Assembly: GCA_977020255.1 (NCBI GenBank)
Contig: CDROCS010000095.1
Location: 1 to 64,000, forward strand
Length of the DNA: 64,000 nt
Source: Obrimoposthia wandeli
Lineage: Eukaryota
Reading direction: 5' to 3'
The notes below the pieces were generated by a model. It made no database searches, had not been told where the DNA came from, and saw only the letters and a program-made list of their open reading frames with translations. Each line of letters begins with the position of its first letter. Within the stretch, counting starts at the first letter, position 1. Both the position numbers and the translations under genes were made by a program. Positions 8,450-20,258 of this stretch are shown here, one piece after another.

Positions 8450-8905
8450 GTGTTTCGTGGACTCAGTGCGGTTAATTTAGATGCTAAAGGAAGGCTAGCG
8501 ATCCCGATGAAATATCGGCAAATGCTGGTGGATCTTTGTGCTGGGCGTCTAGTAGCCACAATTGATACCGAAGAGCGCTGTTTATTGATTTATCCCGTGG
8601 ATGAGTGGGAAGTGATTCAAGCTAAAATTGAAGCGCTACCGAGTTTTAACCCCAGTGCCCGAAGAATTCAGAGATTGTTGATTGGTCATGCCACCGATAT
8701 CGAATTGGATGCCAATGGACGAATCTTATTGTCTCAGCCGTTGCGCGAATATGCGCAGTTAGACAAAGAAACTATTTTGCTGGGACAAGGTAAAAAATTA
8801 GAGCTGTGGAATAAGGATCTGTGGAATAGCCGTCGTGATGATTACATCGCTGAAGTGAATGCTCCAGAAGTACTTCCAGACGAACTATTAAATCTTTCTT
8901 TATGA
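8450..8905 (+). CDS. mraZ: Division/cell wall cluster transcriptional repressor MraZ
   Basis: MFRG..LDAKGRLAIP, DANGRIL motifs; first gene of dcw. Confidence 0.97.
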   Translation: MFRGLSAVNLDAKGRLAIPMKYRQMLVDLCAGRLVATIDTEERCLLIYPVDEWEVIQAKIEALPSFNPSARRIQRLLIGHATDIELDANGRILLSQPLREYAQLDKETILLGQGKKLELWNKDLWNSRRDDYIAEVNAPEVLPDELLNLSL

Positions 8906-8914
8906 AGAAGTCTT

Positions 8915-9955
8915 ATGGCCAAACGTAGCAGAACAAAGTTGAGTAAGACTGAGCGTCAACAAGCTGAGCAACAACAAGCCGAGCAAAAGAAAGATCAAAT
9001 TGAATTGGGTGTTGGATCGCAACAAGACCATTTTACGGTGTTGTTACATGAAACCGTAGAGGGCTGTGTCGTTGACCCTGACGGTATTTATGTCGACGGT
9101 ACTTTTGGTCGTGGTGGCCATAGTGAACTGTTGCTAAGCAAGTTATCTGAACACGGCCGTTTATTCGGTATCGATAAAGATCCGCTAGCGATTGAAACCG
9201 GTAAAGCATTAGAGCTAAAAGATTCACGCTTCCAAATTATTAATGCCAGCTTTGCTGAGTTGCAAGAGCAACTGCAGGCGCGTGGTATTGAAAAAATTGA
9301 TGGTCTGTTATTGGACCTAGGGGTTTCTTCACCGCAACTAGATGATGCTGAACGCGGTTTTAGTTTTATGCGTGATGGCCCACTTGATATGCGTATGGAT
9401 CCTACTTCTGGAATTAGTGCGGAAGAATGGATTGCCAAAGTGAGTGCCGAAGAATTAGCACGGGTGATGAAGGAATATGGCGAAGAGCGATTTGCCAAGC
9501 GCATGGCCAATGCTGTTGTGCGTGAGCGTGAGTTGCAGCATATCAACCGTACTGTGCAGTTGGCTGAAATTTTAAAAGAAGCGAATCCAGCTTGGGAAAA
9601 ACATAAGCACCCAGCAACGCGTGCTTTCCAAGGTATTCGTATTCATCTTAATAACGAGTTAAGTGATTTAGAAAAGATTCTTGATCAATCAGTCGATGTA
9701 TTAAAAGTCGGCGGCCGTTTGGCTGTGATCAGTTTTCACTCGTTAGAAGATCGTATCGTAAAGCGTTTTATTCGTCGTCAAGAGCAAGGTCGTCCGATTC
9801 CAAGAGGATTGCCGATTCTTGATGATGATTTGGGTAAAACTATGAAGAAAATGAGTAAAGCCATTAAACCGAAAGCGAATGAGATTGGTGGCAACGTGCG
9901 TGCACGTAGTGCTGTTTTACGCATTGCTGAGCGTATTGAAGGCGAGCGAAACTAA
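8915..9955 (+). CDS. rsmH: 16S rRNA m4C1402 methyltransferase RsmH
   Basis: [45 protein letters not shown]. Confidence 0.97.
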   Translation: MAKRSRTKLSKTERQQAEQQQAEQKKDQIELGVGSQQDHFTVLLHETVEGCVVDPDGIYVDGTFGRGGHSELLLSKLSEHGRLFGIDKDPLAIETGKALELKDSRFQIINASFAELQEQLQARGIEKIDGLLLDLGVSSPQLDDAERGFSFMRDGPLDMRMDPTSGISAEEWIAKVSAEELARVMKEYGEERFAKRMANAVVRERELQHINRTVQLAEILKEANPAWEKHKHPATRAFQGIRIHLNNELSDLEKILDQSVDVLKVGGRLAVISFHSLEDRIVKRFIRRQEQGRPIPRGLPILDDDLGKTMKKMSKAIKPKANEIGGNVRARSAVLRIAERIEGERN

Positions 9956-9961
9956 TACGTG

Positions 9962-10240
9962 ATGATGCCAGCTGCCAAAAAAAATGCGTTGATTTTTTGC
10001 GCTTGGTTCTTAGTTATTGTATGCGCGACGTTACAGGTGTCGGCAACGCATTGGCATCGGCAGTTGGTTGCAGGTTGGCAAGTCTCTGAGCATCTGCGTT
10101 TGAGTTTAGAGCAAGACTACGGTCGCTTATTATTAGAACAAAGTGCGCTCACAGCTCATGGTCGAGTTGAGCGCATCGCAAAAGGCAAATTGAATATGAT
10201 TGAAGCGATGGATGTGCAGGTTATTCGCAGCAGTCGTTAG
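9962..10240 (+). CDS. ftsL: Cell division protein FtsL
   Basis: Single TM, then GRLLLEQSALTAHGRVERIA; lies between rsmH and ftsI. Confidence 0.9.
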   Translation: MMPAAKKNALIFCAWFLVIVCATLQVSATHWHRQLVAGWQVSEHLRLSLEQDYGRLLLEQSALTAHGRVERIAKGKLNMIEAMDVQVIRSSR

Positions 10241-10362
10241 TGCTACCAAAGCATCAAATGCAGGTAGAGCGATTAACTTCATGGATGGGGTTAACATAAT
10301 AATTATTAACGCATTAACGGAATGAGTTTGAGGAATATTTAAGATGAAAGGCACACGATAGC

Positions 10363-12099
10363 GTGGCTAATCCCCGTACTAAAAAAGCTGCAACCACAGC
10401 ATTAACAGAAACGGTTGAATATCGTATTCCAGTCTGGCGCTTTGTGCTAGTGCTGGGCGTATTCCTGTGCCTGTTAATTGTGGTCGCAGGTCGTATGGGT
10501 TATTTACATCTTGTGCAGCAATCTTTTTTAGCGGCTCAAGGTGAGCAGCGTATGGTGCGTGACGAATCGATTCCTGCGGTGCGTGGCGATATTAAAGATC
10601 GTCATGGTGAACCACTGGCTGTTAGCTCGCCGGTGAAAAGCTTGTGGTTAAATCCTAAGCTTTTCGATGTTGCCAATGTACCAAAGCTTGCGGCAAGTTT
10701 AGGCATGTCAGCGAATAAGCTGAGCCGTCGTTTAAAACGTAATCGCCAGCAAGGCTTTATGTATGTGCAGCGTCATTTACCTCCAGAGAAAGCCAATAAA
10801 GTATTAGCATTAAAACTGAGTGGCGTTTTTTCAGAAACTGAGTACCGTCGCTTTTATCCTGCGTCAGAAGTTACCTCACATGTGGTGGGTATGACCAATA
10901 TTGATGGTAAGGGCCAAGAGGGTTTAGAGCTGGCTTATGATGATTGGTTACAAGGTACGGCAGGACAGCAGCGCGTCGTAAAAGATTTGTTGGGCAATGT
11001 CATTAAACAGTTGAATGTCTCCGCGATTGCTAAGCCAGGTCATGAATTAAAGCTAACGTTGGATTTACGTTTGCAGTACTTAGCTTATCGTGAACTAAAG
11101 GCGGTCGTGCAAGCACATAAAGCGAATTGGGGCAGTGCTGTTTTATTGGACGCGAGTAATGGTGATATTTTAGCCTTGGTGAATCGTCCTTCTTATAATC
11201 CCAATAATCGCGCCACGCTAAATGCTAAAGATATGCGTAATCGGGCATTGACCGATATGGTTGAGCCAGGCTCAACCATGAAAGCCTTTACGGTTGCAGC
11301 AGCATTAAAACAAGGTAAATACAGCCCCAGCTCTATAATTGATACCTCTCCGGGTTATATGCGTATAAAGCAAAAAACCATTCGCGATCATAGGAATTAT
11401 GGTCGCTTAGATCTTACCGGCATTATTAGAAAATCGAGCAATATTGGCGTAACCAAGCTGGCTCATGAAATGGGTGCAGAATATTTATGGACCATGCTTC
11501 ATGATGCAAAATTAGGGCAGGCAACAGCGCTTGGTTTTCCTGGGGAAGCGGTTGGTAAATTACCTTATCCAGAAAAGCTCGATAAGCTCGGCTTAGCCAC
11601 GCTGTCTTTTGGTTATGGTTTGGCAGTCACACCCTTGCAATTAGCGCAAGCTTACACGGCTTTCGCTAATAAAGGCTGCGTGCAAGAAGCTCGTTTAATT
11701 ATTACCAATGCGCAAACACCTTGCGATCAAATTATGCCAGCGACTGTGGCAAAAAATCTAACCGAAATGCTAGAAACAGTGACGCAAAAAGGCGGCACAG
11801 GAACACGGGCTAAAGTCGCAGGTTATCGTGTAGGCGGAAAAACAGGTACGTCGCACAAAGTAGGTAAAGAAGGTTATCAGGATTCAGAATATACTGCAAT
11901 TTTTGCTGGTATAGCCCCTATTTCAGATCCACGATTTGTATTGGTTGTAGTAATTGATCAACCGAAAGGGCAAGAATATTATGGTGGTGAAGTAGCAGCC
12001 CCAGTATTTGCTCGAATTATGGAAGAGGCATTGCGTACTTTGCAAATCGCTCCTGATCAGAGTAAAGATTTTCATGTTGCGGAGATTTCTGCTTTATGA
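10363..12099 (+). CDS. ftsI: Peptidoglycan D,D-transpeptidase FtsI (PBP3)
   Basis: RGDIKDR, EPGSTMK (SxxK), SSN, KTGT motifs. Confidence 0.97.
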   Translation: MANPRTKKAATTALTETVEYRIPVWRFVLVLGVFLCLLIVVAGRMGYLHLVQQSFLAAQGEQRMVRDESIPAVRGDIKDRHGEPLAVSSPVKSLWLNPKLFDVANVPKLAASLGMSANKLSRRLKRNRQQGFMYVQRHLPPEKANKVLALKLSGVFSETEYRRFYPASEVTSHVVGMTNIDGKGQEGLELAYDDWLQGTAGQQRVVKDLLGNVIKQLNVSAIAKPGHELKLTLDLRLQYLAYRELKAVVQAHKANWGSAVLLDASNGDILALVNRPSYNPNNRATLNAKDMRNRALTDMVEPGSTMKAFTVAAALKQGKYSPSSIIDTSPGYMRIKQKTIRDHRNYGRLDLTGIIRKSSNIGVTKLAHEMGAEYLWTMLHDAKLGQATALGFPGEAVGKLPYPEKLDKLGLATLSFGYGLAVTPLQLAQAYTAFANKGCVQEARLIITNAQTPCDQIMPATVAKNLTEMLETVTQKGGTGTRAKVAGYRVGGKTGTSHKVGKEGYQDSEYTAIFAGIAPISDPRFVLVVVIDQPKGQEYYGGEVAAPVFARIMEEALRTLQIAPDQSKDFHVAEISAL

Positions 12100-13700
12100 A
12101 CCTGAATCAGTTGTTGGCACCTTATATCGGCACGAATGTAGAAAGATCTGATCAGCTTGCTTTGGATGGGAATGTTCTTAATGTGAATGTTCCTAGCGTT
12201 AATATTGAAGGTTTAGTCACCGATAATCGTGATGTGAAAGCAGGTGACTGTTTTATTGCGTTAGCGGGAATTACTCAGCATGGCAAAGAATTTATTGATG
12301 ATGCGATTGCCCGTGGTGCTGCGGCTGTTTTACTTGAAGTTGGTGAAGGTGACGAAGCAAGTGCTAATCAAAATTTAAGCATCAGCTATCGTGCAGATAT
12401 TCCAGTTATTGCGTTTGGTAATTTAAAAACAATAGTGAATCAACTTTTAATCGATTTCTATCAGCTTTCCAGTACGGCTTTTAATATGCGCCTTATGGCT
12501 GTTACCGGTACTAATGGTAAAAGTAGTATTACTCGTTTTGCTGCACAAATGAGTCATGGCTTGCAGCAACCGACTGGGCTAATGGGTACGCTAGGTTTTG
12601 GTGTATGGCCAAACATTACTGAAAGTAAAAATACGACACCAGAATTAGCCGTTTTATTGCGACAGTTTGCCATGATGAAAGCTCAAGGTGCCGAACAAGT
12701 TGCAATGGAAGTTTCCAGTCATGGCATTGAACAAAAACGTATTGAAGGGTTAACCTTTGAAACGGCAGTATTTGCTAACTTAAGCCAAGATCATCTTGAT
12801 TACCATGGTGATATGGAAAGTTATTTCAACATTAAGCGTCAGCTGTTTTTATTGCCTAAATTACAGCATGCAATTATCAATATTGATGATGAATATGGCC
12901 AGCGCTTATTCGCTGATAACGCGATTACCGCGAAAAAGATCAGTTATGGTTTTGCTAAAACTGCCGATGTTCGAGTTGTAAGCTGGTCTATGCACGGAGC
13001 TGCTATTGATGCTTCAATTACAACGCCTTGGGGTGATGCCAGCTTTACCATTAATATGGTGGGTGACTTTAACCTCGCCAATGTATTGGCTGCGATTAGT
13101 TTATTAGCGGTAGAGAAACAGTTTTCTTTTGTAGAAATTATTGACTCAATTAAATACATCACTGCTGCGCCAGGCCGGATGCAAACGTATACCAAAATGG
13201 GTTGTGCTAGTGCGGTAGTTGATTTTGCTCATACGCCAGATGCGTTAAAAAATGTATTAGCGACGTTGAAAAAACAAACCCAAGGCAAGTTGGCCGTGGT
13301 ATTTGGTTGTGGTGGAAATAGAGATGCTAGCAAGCGCCCACAAATGGCGAGTATTGCGCAAACATTTGCTGATCGTATTATTTTGACCGCTGATAATCCA
13401 AGAAAAGAAAATTTGGAACGCATTATTGAAAATATGCAGGCGGGTTTAGATGTTTCTAATCCTGCGCGGGTTTCTATTGAATTAGATCGAGCGAAGGCTA
13501 TTGCCTTGGCATTGGCTGAGCTTAATGGTGATGATTTATTATTAATTGCAGGTAAGGGTCATGAAGCTTACCAAGATATAGATGGAATCAAGATTCCTTA
13601 TAGTGATGAGGCCGCACTATTGTCATTAGGGTATCAGGATATTGCACAGAAAAATCAACAACAAGCTCAAACAGATTCAACAAAGGAGGCCTTAAGATGA
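12096..13700 (+). CDS. murE: UDP-MurNAc-tripeptide synthetase MurE
   Basis: VTGTNGKSS, MEVSSH, DFAHTPDAL, DNPR, AGKGHE. Confidence 0.97.
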   Translation: MNLNQLLAPYIGTNVERSDQLALDGNVLNVNVPSVNIEGLVTDNRDVKAGDCFIALAGITQHGKEFIDDAIARGAAAVLLEVGEGDEASANQNLSISYRADIPVIAFGNLKTIVNQLLIDFYQLSSTAFNMRLMAVTGTNGKSSITRFAAQMSHGLQQPTGLMGTLGFGVWPNITESKNTTPELAVLLRQFAMMKAQGAEQVAMEVSSHGIEQKRIEGLTFETAVFANLSQDHLDYHGDMESYFNIKRQLFLLPKLQHAIINIDDEYGQRLFADNAITAKKISYGFAKTADVRVVSWSMHGAAIDASITTPWGDASFTINMVGDFNLANVLAAISLLAVEKQFSFVEIIDSIKYITAAPGRMQTYTKMGCASAVVDFAHTPDALKNVLATLKKQTQGKLAVVFGCGGNRDASKRPQMASIAQTFADRIILTADNPRKENLERIIENMQAGLDVSNPARVSIELDRAKAIALALAELNGDDLLLIAGKGHEAYQDIDGIKIPYSDEAALLSLGYQDIAQKNQQQAQTDSTKEALR

Positions 13701-15178
13701 TGGCTTCTTTTAGTCTCATGGAATTGGCGCAAGCCATGTCGGCCGTTATTAAAAGTGCCGATATGAAAGCTAATAAAGTTCAAGCACTGCGTATCAATAC
13801 TGATACACGTACGATTCAGTCAGGGGATGTTTTTCTAGCCTTGCGCGGTGATAATTTCGATGGTCATGATTATTTAGTGCAAGCACAAAAAAGCGGTGCG
13901 GTGGCGGCGATAGTCGATAGCCAATACGTTGCAGATCAGTCTTCACCGAATAACTCATTACCTTTGTTAGTGGTGGCCGATACCTTGCTGGCATTAGGGC
14001 AAGCAAGCTTATGGAATCGGCAGAAGTTTACTGGGCCGTTAATCGCGATTACTGGCAGCGCGGGTAAAACATCGGTTAAGTCGATGGCTTCTCATATGAT
14101 GAAGCTATTGGGTGACTGTTGGGCAACACCGGGTAATTTTAATAATCACATTGGTGCACCTCTCACGTTATTAGGTTTGGAGTCGCAACATAAAGCCGCC
14201 GTGATTGAATTGGGTGCTAGCGCTGAAGGCGAAATTGCATATACCTCTCAATTTGCTCAACCTGATGTAGTGATTATAACTAATGTCAGTAGTGCTCATT
14301 TAGAAGGCTTTGGCAGCATAGAAACTATTATGCGTACCAAAGGCGAAATTATTGATTCTTTAGCTGAAAATGGCTGTGCGGTATTAAATGCAGATGATGT
14401 CTTTTATGCCGATTGGGTTGTGCGAGCTGGGCAGCGTCGGGTTATAAGTTTTGGCATTAAAAATTATGCTGATGTTATAGCGAAGAATATTATTTGTGAT
14501 GAGCAAGGTAGTTGCTTCGATGTTGTCTATCAACAGCAAAATATGGCGCAACAAGTCATCAACTGTGAAATTCCGTTATTAGGCCAGCATAATGTCTCTA
14601 ATGCTTTATCCGCAATTGCAGCAGGATTAGCACTGGGCCTTGAATTAGAAAAAATAGTTGCGCAACTTAAAACCCTGCCGATGGTTGATGGTCGTTTACA
14701 GTGGGTTGACGGTGAAGGTCAAATTAGAATTTTAAACGATAGTTATAATGCCAGCCCTGCTTCAGTAAAAGCGGGCATAGATGTATTAGCGTTATGGAAA
14801 GAAAAAGCCTGGTTAGTGCTGGGTGATATGGCTGAGTTAGGAGATGACTCCGTGGCGATTCATGCTGAAATAGGTGAGTACGCACAGCAAAAAGGCATTG
14901 CGAATTTTGTCGCGACAGGTGCTGCCTGTCGTTATGCAGTTGAAGCATTCATGCAGTCTCTTGCTGGCCAAGAAACTGAAAATAGAAGTGCACACTGGTT
15001 TAAACAGCAAAGCGAATTGCTGAGCTACATTAATGAACATAAACAACCGGGGCAGATTTTCTTAATTAAAGGTTCACGCAGTGCGGGTATGGATAAAATC
15101 GTTACCGCGCTCTCCATTAAGAAAGTTCCGGCTATTAAGAGTGAACGAAACTCTTTAAATAAAATTGGGGAAGTATAA
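13697..15178 (+). CDS. murF: UDP-MurNAc-pentapeptide synthetase MurF
   Basis: [31 protein letters not shown]. Confidence 0.97.
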   Translation: MMASFSLMELAQAMSAVIKSADMKANKVQALRINTDTRTIQSGDVFLALRGDNFDGHDYLVQAQKSGAVAAIVDSQYVADQSSPNNSLPLLVVADTLLALGQASLWNRQKFTGPLIAITGSAGKTSVKSMASHMMKLLGDCWATPGNFNNHIGAPLTLLGLESQHKAAVIELGASAEGEIAYTSQFAQPDVVIITNVSSAHLEGFGSIETIMRTKGEIIDSLAENGCAVLNADDVFYADWVVRAGQRRVISFGIKNYADVIAKNIICDEQGSCFDVVYQQQNMAQQVINCEIPLLGQHNVSNALSAIAAGLALGLELEKIVAQLKTLPMVDGRLQWVDGEGQIRILNDSYNASPASVKAGIDVLALWKEKAWLVLGDMAELGDDSVAIHAEIGEYAQQKGIANFVATGAACRYAVEAFMQSLAGQETENRSAHWFKQQSELLSYINEHKQPGQIFLIKGSRSAGMDKIVTALSIKKVPAIKSERNSLNKIGEV

Positions 15179-15180
15179 AC

Positions 15181-16263
15181 ATGTTGTTATGGCTAGCCGA
15201 ATACCTAACACAATTTCATACGGGTTTTGCCGTAGTGCAATACTTATCTTTGCGCGCTATTTTTGCTGTAATTACTGCATTAAGTGTCGCGTTGTTTCTA
15301 GGGCCAAAGGTCATTCGCAAGTTGCGCGAATATCAAATTGGTCAGACGATTCGTGATGATGGTCCGAAGTCTCATTTAAGCAAAGCGGGCACGCCTACGA
15401 TGGGTGGAGCTTTAATCTTATTGTCTATTACCGTCAGTACCTTGCTATGGGGTGATTTAGGAAATAAATACGTTTGGTTAACTTTACTCGTGACTTTGGC
15501 ATTTGGTGTTATTGGCTGGATTGATGATTACCGCAAGGTGGTGGAGAAAAATTCTCGCGGCTTACCCGCTCGTTGGAAATATTTTTGGCAATCAGCTTTG
15601 GCTATTATTGCTGCCGTTTATATGTTTGCTAGCGCGCCTAGTACCGCAGAAACTTCGTTAATTATTCCGTTCTTTAAAGATGTCATTGTAGAGCTGGGTA
15701 TTTTTTATATTGTACTGAGCTACTTTGTGATTGTAGGTGCAAGCAACGCCGTTAATTTAACCGATGGCTTAGATGGCTTAGCAATTTTACCAACAGTCAT
15801 GGTTGGCGCGGCGCTTGGATTATGTGCTTACCTTGCGGGTAATGTTAATTACTCTGAATATCTATCGATTCCTTATGTTATCGGTGCGGGTGAATTGGTT
15901 GTCTTTAGTGGTGCCTTAGTGGGAGCAGGTGTTGGTTTCTTATGGTTTAACACTTACCCAGCACAAGTTTTTATGGGTGATGTGGGTTCTTTGGCTCTGG
16001 GTGCGGCATTAGGCATGATGGCGGTGATTACTCGTCAAGAAATCGTTTTCTTTATAATGGGTGGGATTTTTGTTGCCGAAACCGTATCGGTAATTTTACA
16101 AGTCGGCTCATTCAAACTAACGGGTAAACGCATATTTCGTATGGCACCACTGCATCATCACTATGAATTAAAAGGCTGGCCTGAGCCTCGTGTGATTGTG
16201 CGTTTTTGGATTGTTACCTTGTTGTTAGTATTAGCAGGGTTGGCGACATTAAAAATTCGCTAG
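15181..16263 (+). CDS. mraY: Phospho-N-acetylmuramoyl-pentapeptide transferase MraY
   Basis: [37 protein letters not shown]. Confidence 0.98.
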   Translation: MLLWLAEYLTQFHTGFAVVQYLSLRAIFAVITALSVALFLGPKVIRKLREYQIGQTIRDDGPKSHLSKAGTPTMGGALILLSITVSTLLWGDLGNKYVWLTLLVTLAFGVIGWIDDYRKVVEKNSRGLPARWKYFWQSALAIIAAVYMFASAPSTAETSLIIPFFKDVIVELGIFYIVLSYFVIVGASNAVNLTDGLDGLAILPTVMVGAALGLCAYLAGNVNYSEYLSIPYVIGAGELVVFSGALVGAGVGFLWFNTYPAQVFMGDVGSLALGAALGMMAVITRQEIVFFIMGGIFVAETVSVILQVGSFKLTGKRIFRMAPLHHHYELKGWPEPRVIVRFWIVTLLLVLAGLATLKIR

Positions 16264-16320
16264 ATAAGTTATTTAGACATGAAAAAATTAACGATATGAA
16301 GAGTGAGAAACAATAGCATT

Positions 16321-17748
16321 ATGACAAACCTGATTACTTCGGATCAAAGACGTTTAATTATCGGCATGGGCCAAACAGGGCTTTCGTGTGCGCGTTTTTT
16401 GACGGCAAAAGGTTTGTCATTTGATTTATGCGATACCCGTGAATTATTGCCTAATCAAGCTGATATTGAATCTGAGTTTCCGCAATGTCGGATTTTCAAT
16501 GGTGAGCTTGATGCTGAGGTATTGACCCAGTACCAAGAGTTAATTGTTAGTCCAGGTATTGCGATTGCAGAACCGGCTATTGTTGCTGCGTTAAAGCAAG
16601 GTAGTCGTGTTCGCGGAGATGTAGATATCTTTGCTGAATATGTGACTAAGCCAGTGATTGGTATTACTGGCTCAAATGGAAAGAGCACCGTCACAACCTT
16701 GGTGGGTGAAATTTTAGCGGTAGGCGGTCATAAGCCAGCGGTCTGCGGCAATATTGGTATTCCAGTGTTAGATGTTTTATTGAATGATGATGACTACAAC
16801 TGTTATGTGGTAGAGCTGTCCAGTTTTCAGTTAGAAACAACGCATCATTTGGCAGCTGAAGTTGCTTGTGTATTAAATCTGAGCGAAGACCATATGGATC
16901 GCTATGATTCTATGATTGCGTACCATCAAGCGAAGCATAGAATTTTTCAGGGCTGTCGTAGTATCGTGACTAATCGTGAAGATACCTTAACTCAGCCTTT
17001 AGTCAGTAGCTCTATGCCAAAGAAAAGTTTTGGTTTGCAGATGGCTGAAAATCCCGTTGCGGCAAAAAATCAGTACTCTATTGCACTGCAAAATAACGCT
17101 TCGGATGATGCGGGCAAGCATGAATTTTTAATGTTTGAACAGCAACCCATTTTCCCTGTTAGTGAGTTAAAAATTAAAGGTCGCCATAATCAATTGAATG
17201 CTTTGGCTGCCATCGCTTTGGTCGAATCTTTACCTGCTGACTTTGCTGTGACTAACAGTCAATTGCAGCAAGCCTTGTCGGAATTTACAGGGCTACCGCA
17301 TCGTTGTGCGTGGGTTGGTGAGTATGAGGGTGTGGACTACTTTAATGATTCCAAGGGCACAAATGTAGGATCAACACTTGCGGCGATTGAAGGCTTGGCG
17401 AGTATTGATGGAAAAAAGATTATTTTAATTGCTGGTGGTGTTGGCAAGGATCAAGATTTCGAACCGTTAGCAGATGCGTGTCAGTCAAGCGTTAAGCAAG
17501 CGTTGTTATTTGGTCGTGATGCTTCCTTAATTGCGAATAGTTTAGCCTCTGCTTGTGAGCTAAATATTGTAGAAACGCTAGAGCAAGCTTTAATTCAGGC
17601 TCAGCAAATGGCTTGCGCTGGGGATGTGATTTTATTCTCACCGGCGTGTGCTAGTTTTGATCAGTTTGCTAACTATATAAAGCGTGGTGAGGTTTTTGAG
17701 CAGTTGGTTGCTGAGATGACTCAAGGTGGGCAGCCTCATGACGACTAA
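16321..17748 (+). CDS. murD: UDP-MurNAc-L-Ala-D-Glu ligase MurD
   Basis: ITGSNGKSTVT, ELSSFQLE, DHMDRY, NDSKGTN, SPACASFD. Confidence 0.97.
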   Translation: MTNLITSDQRRLIIGMGQTGLSCARFLTAKGLSFDLCDTRELLPNQADIESEFPQCRIFNGELDAEVLTQYQELIVSPGIAIAEPAIVAALKQGSRVRGDVDIFAEYVTKPVIGITGSNGKSTVTTLVGEILAVGGHKPAVCGNIGIPVLDVLLNDDDYNCYVVELSSFQLETTHHLAAEVACVLNLSEDHMDRYDSMIAYHQAKHRIFQGCRSIVTNREDTLTQPLVSSSMPKKSFGLQMAENPVAAKNQYSIALQNNASDDAGKHEFLMFEQQPIFPVSELKIKGRHNQLNALAAIALVESLPADFAVTNSQLQQALSEFTGLPHRCAWVGEYEGVDYFNDSKGTNVGSTLAAIEGLASIDGKKIILIAGGVGKDQDFEPLADACQSSVKQALLFGRDASLIANSLASACELNIVETLEQALIQAQQMACAGDVILFSPACASFDQFANYIKRGEVFEQLVAEMTQGGQPHDD

Positions 17749-19108
17749 TGCTGCTAGCAAAAACATAGAAAAAAATTCTATGCCCGTCTTGTCTTGGTGG
17801 CAATCATTAGCGCTTAAAGGTGATTTTTCTCAGCTGATGGCTGTGAAGATGAATGCATTGGTTTGGTCATGGCTCGGATTGATGGCGCTAGGTTGGGTTA
17901 TGGTGATGTCAGCTTCTACCAGCATCGCTGAAACATATACCGGTAATGCAGCCTATTTTTCTACTCGTCATGGGATTTATATTGCACTCGCTATTTTTGT
18001 CGCCTTTTTAGTCAGTCGTATTCCCTTATCTTGGTGGCAAAAAACTGATTGGCTATGGTTGTTGTTGGGGTGTCTGGGTTTAGTGGCGGTATTAATCCCA
18101 GGAATAGGCCATGAGGTAAATGGTAGTGCACGTTGGTTGAATTTAGGTTTGATGAAAGTTCAACCGTCTGAAATTGTGAAGCTGACAGTTGTACTTTACA
18201 TTTCTGGTTATTTAATTCGTCGCCAAGCGGAAGTGCAAAATCAGTGGTCTGGTTTTATTAAGCCGTTGTTTATTTTAGGCTTAATTGTTGTGCTATTGCT
18301 GTTAGAACCGGATTTTGGCTCGGTTGTGGTTTTGATGGGTGCAGTATTGGTTTTATTATTTTTAGGGGGCGTTAAAGCTGGGCAGTTTTTCTTATTAGTC
18401 GTCGTTACTGTGTATTTAGGATATGAAGTTGTCACTGATTCTGCTTATCGTCTTGCGCGGTTATCTTCATATTTGCAGCCTTTTCATCCTGACCATGTCT
18501 TTGGTTCTGGTTATCAATTAGCGCAAGCGTTAATTGCGTTTGGTCGAGGAGAGTTGTGGGGCACAGGGTTAGGAGAAAGTGTACAAAAATTATTCTACTT
18601 ACCGGAAGCGCATACAGATTTCGTATTTGCAATTTGGTCTGAAGAAACGGGCTTGGTGGGCGGATTATTTGCATTGGGTTTATTGACCTTCTTTTTAGCT
18701 CAGTGCATGACGATTGGTTGGCAAGCGCAGAGAATAGGCAACTTGTATGGTGCCTTTATTTGTTTTGGAATCGCAACTTTATTTGGTTTACAGGTGATTA
18801 TTAATCTTGGGGTGAATACCGGTTTATTACCGACTAAAGGCTTAACACTACCTTTCTTTAGTTATGGTGGTAGTAGTTTATTAATTTGCTGTGTGATGGT
18901 TGCTCTGGTGTATCGCGTAAGTGTAGAAATTGATTCTATTGCTCTGAGTAAAACGGATAGCAATAAAAAAGAGATTAAAACAGACAATAGAAAAGACAGT
19001 ATTAAGTCGCATAAATCCGTGAGCAAGCACGCTGAGTCTAATAATGAGTACGTTACAAAGTTTGATGCGTATGTTGAAGAGTTAAGCGGAGGTCGTGATG
19101 AAAAATAA
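17738..19108 (+). CDS. ftsW: Peptidoglycan glycosyltransferase FtsW
   Basis: QPSEIVK, LEPDFG, LPEAHTDF, PTKGLTLPFFSYGGSS. Confidence 0.97.
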   Translation: MTTNAASKNIEKNSMPVLSWWQSLALKGDFSQLMAVKMNALVWSWLGLMALGWVMVMSASTSIAETYTGNAAYFSTRHGIYIALAIFVAFLVSRIPLSWWQKTDWLWLLLGCLGLVAVLIPGIGHEVNGSARWLNLGLMKVQPSEIVKLTVVLYISGYLIRRQAEVQNQWSGFIKPLFILGLIVVLLLLEPDFGSVVVLMGAVLVLLFLGGVKAGQFFLLVVVTVYLGYEVVTDSAYRLARLSSYLQPFHPDHVFGSGYQLAQALIAFGRGELWGTGLGESVQKLFYLPEAHTDFVFAIWSEETGLVGGLFALGLLTFFLAQCMTIGWQAQRIGNLYGAFICFGIATLFGLQVIINLGVNTGLLPTKGLTLPFFSYGGSSLLICCVMVALVYRVSVEIDSIALSKTDSNKKEIKTDNRKDSIKSHKSVSKHAESNNEYVTKFDAYVEELSGGRDEK

Positions 19109-20258
19109 AGCAGCCGCTAATAAAACAGTGATGGTTATGGCCGGAGGAACAGGAGGGCATGTATTTCCAGCCTTGGCCGTTGCCGATGAGTTGAAACAGC
19201 AGGGTTATGACATACATTGGTTAGGAACCGCTGCGGGTATTGAAGCAGATTTAGTGCCTAAGTCGGGCTATCCACTGCATTGTATTAATGTTACGGGTTT
19301 GCGTGGTAAAGGTAAGTTGGCTTTATTGGCCGCGCCATGGAAGATTATAAAAGCGATTTATCAAGCCGTGCAATTTATGCGTATTGTACGTCCAAGCGCG
19401 GTGCTTGGTCTGGGTGGTTTTGCAACAGGTCCTGGGGGCGTCGCAGCTAAGTTATTGGGCGTGCCATTATTAATTCATGAGCAGAATGCGTTTCCGGGCA
19501 TGACTAATCGTCTATTAAAGCCGCTAGCGAACATTGTGATGCAGGCCTTTCCAAATACTTTTAAAGGCAGTAAAAATTTAGCTTGCTTGTTTACTACGGG
19601 CAATCCTGTAAGGGCAAACATTGTGGCATTGGGCAATGCTAAAAAAGATGATGCAGGTAGTTGCAATCATGAGGGAAAACAAAAGCTCAATATTTTAGTC
19701 GTCGGTGGTAGCTTAGGCGCGGTTGCATTGAACAATGCAGTGATGGGTGCTTTGTCTTTGATGATTAAAGAAAGTCTTTTGAGTGATGCTGCAGAACATG
19801 AGTTACCCAATATTTGGCATCAGGTAGGCAAGAAAAATATTACTGAGGTTCAGCAAGCTTATGCGGAAAAAGGATTGCAAGGTAAGGCTAAGGTCGTTGC
19901 CTTTATTGATGATATGGCCGTCGCTTATGATTGGGCAGATTTAGTGGTATGTCGCTCAGGTGCATTAACTGTTTCTGAGCTGGCATGTGCAGGCAAGGCT
20001 TCAATTTTTATTCCGTATCCTTTTGCCGTTGATGATCATCAGACCGCGAATGCGCAAATTTTAGTTAAAGCGGGCGCAGCAGAGATTAAGCAACAAAAAG
20101 AATTAACGGCCGAATGGTTGGCTGAGCGTTGGAAAAGCTACGCTGAAAATCCAGAAAAACTTAAACATATGTCGATAGCGGCTAAAGGCGCATCGATTGC
20201 TAATGCAACCCAGGTTGTGACAGAGCAAGTAATAAAACAGATAAGGTTAAAAGATTAA
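19098..20258 (+). CDS. murG: Lipid II GlcNAc transferase MurG
   Basis: [35 protein letters not shown]. Confidence 0.97.
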   Translation: MKNKAAANKTVMVMAGGTGGHVFPALAVADELKQQGYDIHWLGTAAGIEADLVPKSGYPLHCINVTGLRGKGKLALLAAPWKIIKAIYQAVQFMRIVRPSAVLGLGGFATGPGGVAAKLLGVPLLIHEQNAFPGMTNRLLKPLANIVMQAFPNTFKGSKNLACLFTTGNPVRANIVALGNAKKDDAGSCNHEGKQKLNILVVGGSLGAVALNNAVMGALSLMIKESLLSDAAEHELPNIWHQVGKKNITEVQQAYAEKGLQGKAKVVAFIDDMAVAYDWADLVVCRSGALTVSELACAGKASIFIPYPFAVDDHQTANAQILVKAGAAEIKQQKELTAEWLAERWKSYAENPEKLKHMSIAAKGASIANATQVVTEQVIKQIRLKD

